Assembly (NCBI GenBank): GCA_036340075.1
Contig: JAYYZJ010000007.1
Span: 1 to 52,626 of the forward strand
Source of the DNA: Thermodesulfobacteriota bacterium
GTDB taxonomy: Bacteria > Desulfobacterota_D > UBA1144
Reading direction: 5' to 3'
Length of the DNA stretch: 52,626 bases
In this document: one piece after another, positions 1-9,243 of the stretch
How the letters are laid out: the number at the start of each line of letters is the position of its first letter
How positions within the stretch are numbered: position 1 is the first letter of the stretch
Translations under genes and position numbers: made by a program
The notes under the pieces: generated by a model
What the model was told of the DNA's origin: nothing
The model's input: the letters and a program-made list of their open reading frames with translations, nothing else
Databases searched by the model: none

Positions 1-1
1 T

Positions 2-187
2 TTTCATGATGAAGTTGAAGCATCTGCTGAAAGAAACATTGATTACAGAACAAAATATCATACAACTGGTATTTCTGTAAAACCAATATACAACATTGTT
101 TTAAAAGCTGACTATACAAGATATCTCGATGGAGCAAGAGACGGAGACTATCGAGCACTAAACTTAGGCATAGGTTATATATTCTAA
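2..187 (+). CDS. 3' end of an outer-membrane beta-barrel (porin-like) protein, truncated by the window edge
   Basis: Manual translation of frame 2: ...YHTTGISVKPIYNIVLKADY...ALNLGIGYIF*. Alternating hydrophobic strands and a terminal aromatic-x-Phe BAM signal. Confidence 0.75.
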   Translation, partial: FHDEVEASAERNIDYRTKYHTTGISVKPIYNIVLKADYTRYLDGARDGDYRALNLGIGYIF

Positions 188-208
188 GTTGTAAAAAAAT
201 ACTCCAAG

Positions 209-262
209 ATCCATGGCCCTATTCCTTCTCTTTGACGCAGCCGTTAATATAGGGCCTTGGAT
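209..262. repeat. GC-rich inverted repeat / RNA hairpin between the porin and FMN-binding genes
   Basis: ATCCATGGCCCTAT (209-222) pairs with ATAGGGCCTTGGAT (249-262), 13/14 matches, 26-nt loop. Confidence 0.7.
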
Positions 263-291
263 TTAACTTAAAATATAGTAAAAAGAATATA

Positions 292-813
292 ATGTTTAGA
301 TTTATTACACTTTTATTGATTTTATTTTTAACCGTAGAAAGTCATTCCACTGTGTGGATGACCATACCTGAGGCACTTGATACATATTTCCCTAACTATA
401 AAGTTAAAAAGGGAAAGATTTATTTAAATAAAAAAACTATGGCGAGATTGGAGAAAACAACCCGTTCTGAATTTAAGGATAAGATTTATACATATTATGA
501 AGCTTATAAAGGCAACAAAAGAGTTAATACTGCCTTTGTAGATACTCATATATTAAGGACTAGAACTGAAACAATTTTTGTTGTTTTTAATAACAAAGGC
601 AAAGTACAAAGTGTAGAAGTATTAGCATTCTACGAACCTGAAGAATATATAATGACAAAAAAATGGCTTAAACAGTTCGATGGGAAGAATTTAAGGCAAA
701 AACTAATACCAAGAGAGGACATTATTGAAGTTTCTGGTGCAACAATATCATCACATGAAACTACTAAGGCAATAAGAAGGACTATGGGTCTTTATAATTT
801 GCTTTACAAATAA
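292..813 (+). CDS. Exported FMN-binding (flavinylated, RnfG/NosR-like FMN_bind domain) protein
   Basis: Signal peptide; C-terminal VSGATISS flavinylation motif; YEPEEY...WLKQF segment. Confidence 0.8.
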   Translation: MFRFITLLLILFLTVESHSTVWMTIPEALDTYFPNYKVKKGKIYLNKKTMARLEKTTRSEFKDKIYTYYEAYKGNKRVNTAFVDTHILRTRTETIFVVFNNKGKVQSVEVLAFYEPEEYIMTKKWLKQFDGKNLRQKLIPREDIIEVSGATISSHETTKAIRRTMGLYNLLYK

Positions 814-830
814 GTTATTATTATTGTGTT

Positions 831-1325
831 ATGAGATTCTTTGTTACAAAAGATATAAACAAAAATTTTCCACTTAAACTTATTGTTTTATTTTCACTAG
901 TATTTTTTATTGGATTAATAATTACCAATTTTCTTTTTATGTGGAAAATAGGATTTACTCCTGGATCTGTGACTGAATATTATTTAGGTAATCCAGATAT
1001 TTTTAGAGAACCTAAAAGCTATGGCTCGCTGGTTGAAGAAACACACTTTCATCTTTTTGCTATGGGAATAATCCTGATGACTTTAAATCATTTAATGCTT
1101 TTTAGTAATCTAGATATTAGATACAAAATATTGATTATTGTTATTTCGTTTGCTTCTTGTCTTCTGGATATATCGTCTAGTTGGCTTGTACGATATATAT
1201 CCAGCAGTTTTTCTATTCTCAAAGTTGCATCAATGATAATTCAACAATTATTTTTACTTATCTTAATAGGTGTTATTGCAAACTCTATATTCATGCAAAA
1301 AAATAAGGAGGTAACATACGAATGA
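831..1325 (+). CDS. 4-TM membrane protein with membrane-proximal histidines (possible heme b protein)
   Basis: Four hydrophobic segments; ETHFHLFAM and LNHL motifs. Confidence 0.6.
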   Translation: MRFFVTKDINKNFPLKLIVLFSLVFFIGLIITNFLFMWKIGFTPGSVTEYYLGNPDIFREPKSYGSLVEETHFHLFAMGIILMTLNHLMLFSNLDIRYKILIIVISFASCLLDISSSWLVRYISSSFSILKVASMIIQQLFLLILIGVIANSIFMQKNKEVTYE

Positions 1326-1669
1326 GAAAACTTTTACTAGTTGTATTTCTGTTTGTACTCACTTTTCCATGCTACGCGGATTTTCAACCTCTAGAAAAAG
1401 AGGTTAATTCATTACGCTCTAAACTTTCTACAGTAAATCAAATAAGCAAGATTGATTTAGAGAAATCGTTAAATCTGTTGAAAGAAAAAGCTTCATTAAT
1501 AGAAAATGAAGTAGCTAAAAGTGATATAACAGGCGATTGCGATATCCTTTTAAATAAATATGTATATAAGAACGAAAAGGATAATGTACCTAGCGATGAA
1601 GTTGATTACTGGCTAAAGCACATAGTTGACGATTTAGCTATGTTTAGAAAAATTGGAATAGACAAATAA
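1322..1669 (+). CDS. Small exported helical hypothetical protein
   Basis: SD AAGGAGGT, ATGA overlap with the upstream gene, signal peptide ending CYA-D. Confidence 0.75.
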   Translation: MRKLLLVVFLFVLTFPCYADFQPLEKEVNSLRSKLSTVNQISKIDLEKSLNLLKEKASLIENEVAKSDITGDCDILLNKYVYKNEKDNVPSDEVDYWLKHIVDDLAMFRKIGIDK

Positions 1670-1693
1670 GCAGTTGAACTGCTAATTTTTTTT
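1669..1693 (+). terminator. Probable intrinsic terminator
   Basis: AGCAGT-TGA-ACTGCT hairpin followed by AA and T8. Confidence 0.55.
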
Positions 1694-1739
1694 GTTATTA
1701 TTTAATCTAGATAACTTATATCCATAATGGCCTTTATCT

Positions 1740-2516
1740 ATGAGTACAGCGTTTATTGCATCATTTACAGTAATTTTTAGAGAATCTCTAGAAGCAGTTC
1801 TTATTGTAGCTGCTATCTATGCTTATTTAACCCAAATAGGTGAGAGTCAAGCTAAAAGGATTATAAACTATGCATGGATTTCTGCCTTATTTGTAGGCGG
1901 ACTAACGTTTCTCTTAGCAAATTATCTTTTTAATCTAACAGCAGAACATGCTGAAATAGTAGAAGGTGTAACTAGCATTATTGCATCAATAGTTTTGTTC
2001 TATGTTGGAGTTTGGTTTATATCGAAAGCTGAAGCAAAGAAATGGAGAGAGTATATTGAATCAAAAGTACAGTGTGCTATTTCAAAAAGAGATTTAACAG
2101 CTTTGTTTATGGTTGTCTTCTTTGCTGTATATAGAGAAGTCTTTGAAACAATTCTTTTTTATCAGGCTTTATTAATTCAGTTTGATAGAGAGTCAATCTC
2201 ATACGGCTTAATAGTTGGTCTTGTAGTTGTATCAATAATTTCATATCTAATACTTAAAATGGCTTTTGTGGTCAACTTAAGACATTACTTCATTGGGACC
2301 AGTATAATGTTATTTCTTTTATCATTAAGCTTCCTTGGATATGGTATCACGGAGCTACAAGAAGTCGGAATGGTTTCAACCACTTTAATATTATCGATTC
2401 CTCGTGTAGAGATTTTAGGGTTATATCCAACTATGGAAACTAGTCTACCTCAGATGATTTTACTCTTATGTCTTACATATTCTGTCTATCTATCCTTCTT
2501 TAAAAAGACTGCTTAA
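1740..2516 (+). CDS. FTR1/EfeU-family iron permease
   Basis: Two RExxE motifs (FRESLE, YREVFE), about 7 TM helices, ELQE.G and LGLYP motifs. Confidence 0.93.
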   Translation: MSTAFIASFTVIFRESLEAVLIVAAIYAYLTQIGESQAKRIINYAWISALFVGGLTFLLANYLFNLTAEHAEIVEGVTSIIASIVLFYVGVWFISKAEAKKWREYIESKVQCAISKRDLTALFMVVFFAVYREVFETILFYQALLIQFDRESISYGLIVGLVVVSIISYLILKMAFVVNLRHYFIGTSIMLFLLSLSFLGYGITELQEVGMVSTTLILSIPRVEILGLYPTMETSLPQMILLLCLTYSVYLSFFKKTA

Positions 2517-2560
2517 TTTGTTTTATTGACAAAAATTATAATTACAGTTTACTAACTAAA

Positions 2561-3439
2561 ATGAATTTAGGAATAGCTTTACCAATTTTAGAGAATATCA
2601 ATGTAGAAGATCAGCTTAAGATTGCAATTAAAGCTGAAGAGCTTGGCTTTAAGTCTGTTTGGGCAAGTGATCATGTAATAATACCAAAGGAGTGGGAAGG
2701 CAGATTCGCTGATATTTTCCCCGATCCCTTCATTATACTTACAGCAATCTCAGAGAATACTTCTACCATTAGAATTGGTACTAGTGCCGCAATTCTACCT
2801 TATAGAAATCCTATAATTGTCGCTAAAATGCTTTCTACTTTGGATCATCTTTCTAATGGTAGATTGATTTGTACGGTAGCAATAGGATGGATGGAAGAAG
2901 AATTTAGAATACTAAATGTACCTTTCGAAGAAAGAACACCAAGAACTTTAGAGTACATTGAACTTATAAAAACCTTATGGAATAGTCACCCTTCGACCTT
3001 TAAGGGAAAATTCTATTCTTTTGAGGATGTATCTTTCTATCCGAAACCTAAGCAAAAGAAATTGCCCATTTGGATGGGTGGAACTTCCGATGAAGTAATA
3101 AAGAGATCTGTAGAATTTACAGATGGCTGGCAACCCATATGGTTCACACCTCAGGAGTTAAAACAAAAGATTAATTTCTTAGAGGAACACGCGGATTCAA
3201 AAGGATTAAGTATTGATAATTTTGATATTTCAATAAGAAACAGAATTTTAATTACAGATAAGAAAGAAGATAATCCTAATAATTTTATAATAGGTCAAAA
3301 AGAAGAAGTATTTAATCATATTTTGGCATATAAAGATTTAGGAATATCAGAAGTTGTATTAGACTTCTTGTCGCCTGAGTTTGATGAAACAATTAAAACA
3401 ATGGAAATTTTAAGTAAAGAACTTCTACCTAATCTTTAG
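2561..3439 (+). CDS. Luciferase-like (LLM) oxidoreductase, probably of the F420-dependent class
   Basis: AEELGFKSVWASDHV, DPF, LPYRNP..VAK...TLD.LSNGRL, GWMEEEF, PKPKQ..PIWMGG motifs. Confidence 0.85.
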   Translation: MNLGIALPILENINVEDQLKIAIKAEELGFKSVWASDHVIIPKEWEGRFADIFPDPFIILTAISENTSTIRIGTSAAILPYRNPIIVAKMLSTLDHLSNGRLICTVAIGWMEEEFRILNVPFEERTPRTLEYIELIKTLWNSHPSTFKGKFYSFEDVSFYPKPKQKKLPIWMGGTSDEVIKRSVEFTDGWQPIWFTPQELKQKINFLEEHADSKGLSIDNFDISIRNRILITDKKEDNPNNFIIGQKEEVFNHILAYKDLGISEVVLDFLSPEFDETIKTMEILSKELLPNL

Positions 3440-3863
3440 CATTATTAAGACGGTCAATTAAACCAGACCAATATTTAAACCAGTATGATCCATCTTCCTG
3501 TCCTTTAAGTTCTTTTTGTGCATACTCAATAGCTTCTTCTTTAGTTCCCATGAATTTAATAAGTTGTTCGGTCGCTGCATCTAGCTCTTCGTCTTCTATA
3601 GGAATATTATCAAGGGCAGATTGGACAAATTTACCTATCTCTAATAGTGAGTCATGCAAATCATTTTTTTTCTGATCAACATTTTCGCCTAAATCTATTG
3701 ACTCCTTACCCAAGATTTCCTTGGCTCTTGTTAAACGAGTTAGATAGTCATCTACTGACTGTAGACCACGAATTGCATTATTAAGCTCTTTAATGAGGTA
3801 TGTTAGAGTCCTTGAATCTGAGTGACTCTCCTCTATAAGTTTACTCTTTGATAAATCTGACAT
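3429..3863 (-). CDS. Acidic helical hypothetical protein
   Basis: 144-aa ORF with a GGGGGT SD-like element; follows the DUF1460 gene on the same strand. Confidence 0.75.
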   Translation of the reverse strand: MSDLSKSKLIEESHSDSRTLTYLIKELNNAIRGLQSVDDYLTRLTRAKEILGKESIDLGENVDQKKNDLHDSLLEIGKFVQSALDNIPIEDEELDAATEQLIKFMGTKEEAIEYAQKELKGQEDGSYWFKYWSGLIDRLNNAKD

Positions 3864-3879
3864 ATGAACCCCCAGTTAT

Positions 3880-4638
3880 TTAATCGTAGTACCTGTAAAC
3901 AATTATACCTGGCTTGTCTTTTATGTATTTAAAAAAATCTACATCAACAACTTTCCCTTCTATGCTGGATGCATGTCTAAAGTAATCTTTGCCATTTTTG
4001 TAAATAAGAATACCCACATGCGATACATCAAGTCCTTCTTTCTCTGAATATATTCCAATATAGTCGCCAGAAGTAATTTTTTTTACATATGCAGGGGTGA
4101 TAAATTTTGATTTTATATATGATATTTCCACTTCCCTTATTGGAATTCCCTCAAGAAATACTGAGCCGTCACTTTTCAGATTAAGTTTCTTTTTTACTGT
4201 TGTAACTTTATTTACTCGGATATCTTTTGTTACATCCATAATCCCTTTAACATTTAAACTCCAATCATAAAAAAAATGGTTTCTTGTCTTAAAACTTACA
4301 ATTCCAGCTTCATACCTAGTAAGTTTAAGTCTATCAACAAAATCATAATAATCACCAGATAATGCTAAAGAGTGGACATAATCTATGTAAGTAAAACAAT
4401 CCATACCTTCAAGATTGATAACAAATTTTTCAGGGGTATTTTTGCTGCCAATCAAAGTATTGCTTTTGTAGGGAACTCCTAAGTAGGCTCGGGAGCAGGT
4501 TTCGATGGAGTTGCATTCTGCTTGTTTGGTTACAGAACTTGAATACCGTTTTTCATATTCATCTGAATTAGAGTTATATACAAAGGGGAACAGTAAGAGA
4601 ACACCTATTAAAATATATATGTTAAAGTATTTTAGCAT
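3880..4638 (-). CDS. DUF1460 / NlpC-P60-like N-acetylmuramoyl-L-alanine amidase
   Basis: LGVPY, DCFTY (catalytic Cys), RNHFF.DW, GLDVSHVG, HASS. Start moved to ATG 4638, which gives a signal peptide (MLKYFNIYILIGVLLLF). Confidence 0.85.
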   Translation of the reverse strand: MLKYFNIYILIGVLLLFPFVYNSNSDEYEKRYSSSVTKQAECNSIETCSRAYLGVPYKSNTLIGSKNTPEKFVINLEGMDCFTYIDYVHSLALSGDYYDFVDRLKLTRYEAGIVSFKTRNHFFYDWSLNVKGIMDVTKDIRVNKVTTVKKKLNLKSDGSVFLEGIPIREVEISYIKSKFITPAYVKKITSGDYIGIYSEKEGLDVSHVGILIYKNGKDYFRHASSIEGKVVDVDFFKYIKDKPGIIVYRYYD

Positions 4639-4639
4639 T

Positions 4640-5077
4640 ATGATAGCAATTCTGAGGGAAGATTTAAAAAAAGCAATAACATCTAAGGACAAGGTAGCTA
4701 CAAATGCTATAAGAAGTGTAATTGCGGCAATTGGAAACGAGGGTAAAGATGCTGAAAATAGTGAAGAAAAAGTTATTAAAACTATAAATAAAGAAATTAA
4801 GAAAAGAAAAGACGCAATAGCCTTATATAAAGAAAATAATAGAGATGATTTAAAAGATATAGAAGAAGGTGAGCTTAAAATTCTTGAAAAATATCTTCCT
4901 GAACAGATGTCTGAAGAAGAAGTAAAAAAAGAGGTTCTAAGAATCTATGAGAGCATGCAATCTGCGGAAAATGTAAACATGGGCATATTAATGAAAGAAT
5001 CCGTTAAACAACTATCAGGCAAAGCTGACAATGGAATGATAAGCAAAATAGCAAAAGAAATAATTTCAAGTAAGTGA
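4640..5077 (+). CDS. GatB/YqeY domain protein
   Basis: MIAILREDLKKA...KEIKKRKDAI..Y...R.DL...E..E...L..YLPEQMS...GKAD. The ORF-track extension to 4505 overlaps DUF1460 and is rejected. Confidence 0.9.
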   Translation: MIAILREDLKKAITSKDKVATNAIRSVIAAIGNEGKDAENSEEKVIKTINKEIKKRKDAIALYKENNRDDLKDIEEGELKILEKYLPEQMSEEEVKKEVLRIYESMQSAENVNMGILMKESVKQLSGKADNGMISKIAKEIISSK

Positions 5078-5089
5078 GAATTAAAGCAA

Positions 5090-6859
5090 ATGGAATGGCA
5101 ACTAAAGGACCTTTACAGCAATATAAATTCGAAAGAAATAGAAAAAGATTTTCAAAAACTTGAGAGAGCAGCAAAGAAATTCAATACAAAATACAGCAAA
5201 AAGATTACTAACAATGCTAGGCCTAAACTTATTTTAGGGTCAATTAAAGAATTGGAAAAAATATACGAAGGTCTAGGAAAAATTTCTTCCTATGCCTCAT
5301 TGCTATTCGCTGTAGATACCAATGATCCTAAAATATCGAAATTTTATCAAAGCTCTAGCGAAAGAATATCTTCCATTAGAAAGAATTTACTATTCTTTTT
5401 TTTGAATTGGAATAATATTAAGACTTCGGACGCAAAAAGAATTTATTCTTCTCCTTTGTTGTCCCCCTACTCTCATTTGTTAAAATCTGAAAGAAAATAT
5501 AAAGACTTTATGCGTACAGAACCTGAAGAAAGAATTCTTGATCAAAAATCACTTACTTCTTCTAGAGCTTTTAACAGACTATTTGATCAAACGATAAACG
5601 ATATTCGTTTCAATATGGAAATTAATAAAAAAAATAAGATTATGACTGAAACCGAGGTCCTTGCTTTGTTGTATAGCCCACAAAGATCTATTAGAATCAA
5701 GGCTGCAAAATCATTAACAGAAGGTTTAAAGTCTGAGAGAAAACTTTTAACTTTTATATTTAATCAGATAATTAGTGATTACAAAATCACTAATGACATC
5801 AGAGGTTATGAGAGACCAATACAACCAAGAAATCTATCAAATGAGATATCAAACAAAACTGTTGATGCTTTAATTAACACTTGCAATAAATACAATTCTA
5901 TTCCTCAAAGATATTTCAGACTAAAGAGTAAGATATTGAAGATTAAAGACTTTAAAGATTATGATAGATATGCTCCATTAAGCCAATCGACAAAGAAATA
6001 TACTTATAAACAGGCACAGAAAGTAGTTTTAGAATCATTTGAAGAGTTTTCACCTAAAATGGCTCAGACAGCTTCTCTTTTCTTTGATAAAAAATGGATT
6101 GATTATTCACTTAGAAATGGAAAAAGAGGAGGAGCATTTAGTCACTCTTGCGTACCATCAGTTCATCCTTATATAATGATGAACTTTACTGGAAAAATTA
6201 GAGATGTAATGACTCTTGCGCATGAACTTGGTCATGGTATTCATCAATATCTTTCAAGAAAAAATGGATACTTTCAACAAAACACACCTCTTACTACTGC
6301 AGAAACTGCTAGTGTTTTTGCAGAAATGCTAGTGTTCAATAAACTTTTATCAAAAGAAAAAAATAATAAGGAAAGAATGTATTTAATCTGTTCAAAATTA
6401 GAAGACATATTTGCCACTGTATTCAGACAAATAGTTATGACGAATTTTGAATTAGAAGTTCATGATAAAAGAAAATTACAGGGAGAATTATCATCTGAAG
6501 AATTCGATAGAATATGGACTAAGACTAATAAGAAAATGTTTGGAGCATCAATTAATATTTCTGAATTTTATAAATGTTGGTGGATGTATATTCCTCATTT
6601 TATTCATTCCCCATTTTATTGCTACTCTTACGCTTTTGGTGAATTATTGGTTCATGGACTATTTGCTCAATACAAAAAAGAAGGATCAAAATTTATAGAT
6701 AAGTACATAACTCTTTTGTCTTCTGGGAGCAAGGACTCTCCAGAGGTTCTTGTAAAAAGGGTTGGCATAGATATAACAAAGGAAGATTTTTGGGAAAGTA
6801 GTATGTATCTAATGAAAGACTTATTAAAAGAAGCAGAGCGCTTGTTTAAAGAAAAATAA
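5090..6859 (+). CDS. pepF: Oligoendopeptidase F (M3B family)
   Basis: W.L.DLY N-terminus, GKRGGAF, TLAHELGH zinc motif, AETASVFAE, IPHF..PFYCYSY. Confidence 0.92.
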   Translation: MEWQLKDLYSNINSKEIEKDFQKLERAAKKFNTKYSKKITNNARPKLILGSIKELEKIYEGLGKISSYASLLFAVDTNDPKISKFYQSSSERISSIRKNLLFFFLNWNNIKTSDAKRIYSSPLLSPYSHLLKSERKYKDFMRTEPEERILDQKSLTSSRAFNRLFDQTINDIRFNMEINKKNKIMTETEVLALLYSPQRSIRIKAAKSLTEGLKSERKLLTFIFNQIISDYKITNDIRGYERPIQPRNLSNEISNKTVDALINTCNKYNSIPQRYFRLKSKILKIKDFKDYDRYAPLSQSTKKYTYKQAQKVVLESFEEFSPKMAQTASLFFDKKWIDYSLRNGKRGGAFSHSCVPSVHPYIMMNFTGKIRDVMTLAHELGHGIHQYLSRKNGYFQQNTPLTTAETASVFAEMLVFNKLLSKEKNNKERMYLICSKLEDIFATVFRQIVMTNFELEVHDKRKLQGELSSEEFDRIWTKTNKKMFGASINISEFYKCWWMYIPHFIHSPFYCYSYAFGELLVHGLFAQYKKEGSKFIDKYITLLSSGSKDSPEVLVKRVGIDITKEDFWESSMYLMKDLLKEAERLFKEK

Positions 6860-6868
6860 GTGATAAAT

Positions 6869-7414
6869 ATGATACAGGTATCCAATGGAAGAAAAAAAGG
6901 TTTCAAATTAAAGGTACCAAACAATAAATTAGTAAGGCCAAAAACAAGCATGGTAAGAAAGATGATTTTTGACATTTTACCATCTGTTCAAGGAATGCGT
7001 GTTTTGGATGTATTTGCTGGTTCCGGCTCATTAGGAATTGAAGCACTAAGCATGGGAGCTAAACATTCTACTTTTATAGACAATAATCCTGGATCAATCA
7101 AATGCATTAAAGACAATATAATTAAATGCGAATATCAAGGTGAATCTACAGTAATAAAAAAAGACTATGCTGAAGGATTAAGGACAATGATTAAAGAAAA
7201 ACACAAATTTAATTTAATTTTTATTGATCCACCATACTCCTACTTTGATGAAAAAACAGTTAATGGTATTATTAGAACTGCTCTAAAATTAACTGCTAGT
7301 GGTGGTATAGTTGTTTGCGAACATCCTAAAAAAGAGGAAATTAAAATTGAAGTCGAATCTGTTAGAGTTAAGGAGTATAAAGACAAATTTGTAACATTTT
7401 GTTGGTCTAAATAA
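6869..7414 (+). CDS. rsmD: 16S rRNA (guanine966-N2) methyltransferase
   Basis: VLDVFAGSGSLGIEALS, FIDPPY; adjacent to coaD. Start is ATG 6869 or GTG 6860. Confidence 0.9.
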   Translation: MIQVSNGRKKGFKLKVPNNKLVRPKTSMVRKMIFDILPSVQGMRVLDVFAGSGSLGIEALSMGAKHSTFIDNNPGSIKCIKDNIIKCEYQGESTVIKKDYAEGLRTMIKEKHKFNLIFIDPPYSYFDEKTVNGIIRTALKLTASGGIVVCEHPKKEEIKIEVESVRVKEYKDKFVTFCWSK

Positions 7415-7415
7415 G

Positions 7416-7904
7416 ATGAAGAAAAGTGTGATTTATCCTGGCAGCTTCGATCCATTCACATATGGACATATGAATATTATAGAAAGAGCCTCTGGTTTAT
7501 TTGACGAAGTTATTATTGCAGTAGCAGTTAATTCAAGTAAGAATTCTATTTTAACTATCAATCAAAGAGTTGAAACAATAAAAAAAGTTTTCAATAGAAG
7601 TAAAAAGATTAAAGTAGATAAATTTGAAGGTCTTCTAGTTCATTATGCAAAGAAAAAGAAAGTTAATACAATACTGAGAGGGATGAGAACTGTTCAAGAC
7701 TTTGAATATGAATTACAAATGGCAACCTCTAACAATAAACTTGATTCTAAAGTTGAAACAATCTTTATGGTTGCCGATGCAAAATATTCTCATATTAGTT
7801 CTTCTTTAATCAAAGACATTATAAAGTTGGGTGGCGATGCTAGTGCTTTCGTGCCTAAAATTGTAGAAAGGGAATTAAAAAAAGAATTAAAAAAGAAAAA
7901 GTGA
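7416..7904 (+). CDS. coaD: Phosphopantetheine adenylyltransferase
   Basis: YPGSFDPFTYGH, RGMR...DFEYE, ISSS. Confidence 0.97.
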   Translation: MKKSVIYPGSFDPFTYGHMNIIERASGLFDEVIIAVAVNSSKNSILTINQRVETIKKVFNRSKKIKVDKFEGLLVHYAKKKKVNTILRGMRTVQDFEYELQMATSNNKLDSKVETIFMVADAKYSHISSSLIKDIIKLGGDASAFVPKIVERELKKELKKKK

Positions 7905-7908
7905 TAAA

Positions 7909-9099
7909 ATGAAATTATCAAAACTTGCTAAAACTTTAAAACCTTCTGCTACCTTAGCTATTACAGCTAAAGCGAAAGAATTAAAAACTCAAGGCATAGA
8001 TGTAATTGGTTTTGGTGCAGGAGAACCAGATTTTGATACCCCTGTTAATATTAAAGAGCAAGCTAAAAAATCTATAGATTCTGGTTTCACTAAATATACC
8101 GCTGCTGGTGGTATAGTCGAACTCAAAGATGCAATTATTAACAGGATTAAAAACGACTATGAATTAGATTACAAAAGAAACGAAATACTTGTTGGAGCAG
8201 GAGCAAAACATGTTTTATACAATCTTTTTCAGGTACTAATTGATTCTGGTGATGAAGTATTAATTCCTTCTCCATATTGGGTCTCTTATCCAGAACAAGT
8301 TCGAATTGCTGGAGGAGTTCCTGTAATTATTCCAGGCTCACAAGAATCTAATTTTAAAATTACCAAAAACCAAATAGAAAAATTAATCACAGACAAAACT
8401 AAAGCTATTGTTTTAAACTACCCATCTAATCCTACGGGAACAACTTACGATAAAGAAGAATTAGAAGGTTTTGCTGAAATTGCAATTAAAAACAATCTAA
8501 TCATTATTTCCGATGAAATATATGACAAAATAATCTATAGAGAAGAAAAACATATTTCTTTCCCTCAATTGGGTGACGAAGTTAAAGAAAGGACAATTTT
8601 GGTCAATGGTGTTTCAAAATCTTACTCTATGACAGGTTGGAGAATAGGATATGCTGCTGGAAATTCTAATGTAATTTCAGCAATGAATAATCTTTGTGGT
8701 CAATCAACTTCAAATCCTACTTCAATATCTCAAATGGCTGCAATTGAAGCTTTTGCTGGACCTCAAGAGCCAATACAAAAAATGCTAATAGAATTTAAAG
8801 AAAGAAGAGATTTTATTACTTCTGCATTAAACGAAATCGATGGAGTAAATTGCGTTATACCTGAAGGAGCTTTTTATGTTTTTCCAGATATTTCAAACTT
8901 CTTTGGAAAAGAATACAATGGAAAAAAAATAACAAATTCTATGGAGATATCTGATTTTCTTCTTGATGTAGCAAAAGTTGCTGTTGTGCCAGGTGTAGAA
9001 TTTGGGTCTGATAATCACATAAGAATTTCATATGCAACCTCAATGTCCGATATCAAAGAAGGCATGGAAAGAATCAAAAAAAGTTTATCTCAATTATAA
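7909..9099 (+). CDS. Aspartate aminotransferase (PLP class I/II)
   Basis: GEPDF, NYPSNPTG, SDEIY, SKSYSMTGWRIGY. Confidence 0.92.
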   Translation: MKLSKLAKTLKPSATLAITAKAKELKTQGIDVIGFGAGEPDFDTPVNIKEQAKKSIDSGFTKYTAAGGIVELKDAIINRIKNDYELDYKRNEILVGAGAKHVLYNLFQVLIDSGDEVLIPSPYWVSYPEQVRIAGGVPVIIPGSQESNFKITKNQIEKLITDKTKAIVLNYPSNPTGTTYDKEELEGFAEIAIKNNLIIISDEIYDKIIYREEKHISFPQLGDEVKERTILVNGVSKSYSMTGWRIGYAAGNSNVISAMNNLCGQSTSNPTSISQMAAIEAFAGPQEPIQKMLIEFKERRDFITSALNEIDGVNCVIPEGAFYVFPDISNFFGKEYNGKKITNSMEISDFLLDVAKVAVVPGVEFGSDNHIRISYATSMSDIKEGMERIKKSLSQL

Positions 9100-9104
9100 T
9101 ATTG

Positions 9105-9177
9105 TGGAGCCGAAGGGGATCGAACCCTCGACCTCTTGAATGCCATCCAAGCGCTCTCCCAGCTGAGCTACGGCCCC
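9105..9177 (-). tRNA. tRNA-Ala(GGC), CCA not encoded
   Basis: Reverse complement GGGGCCGTAGCTCAGCTGGGAGAGCGCTTGGATGGCATTCAAGAGGTCGAGGGTTCGATCCCCTTCGGCTCCA; cloverleaf with G3:U70. Confidence 0.97.
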
Positions 9178-9243
9178 TTTCTTTAATAAAGAAATATAAT
9201 TTGTTAGAATATAGTCATCTGAATTTTTTTCAATTGGGATATA

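Noticed and set aside
1700..1735. Possible Fur box upstream of FTR1 (GATAACTTATATCCATAAT)
   Set aside because: Only about 10/19 matches to the consensus in very AT-rich DNA.
4505..4692. Apparent 188-bp head-to-head overlap of the DUF1460 and yqeY ORFs
   Set aside because: An artefact of longest-ORF calling; family N-termini place the starts at 4638 and 4640.
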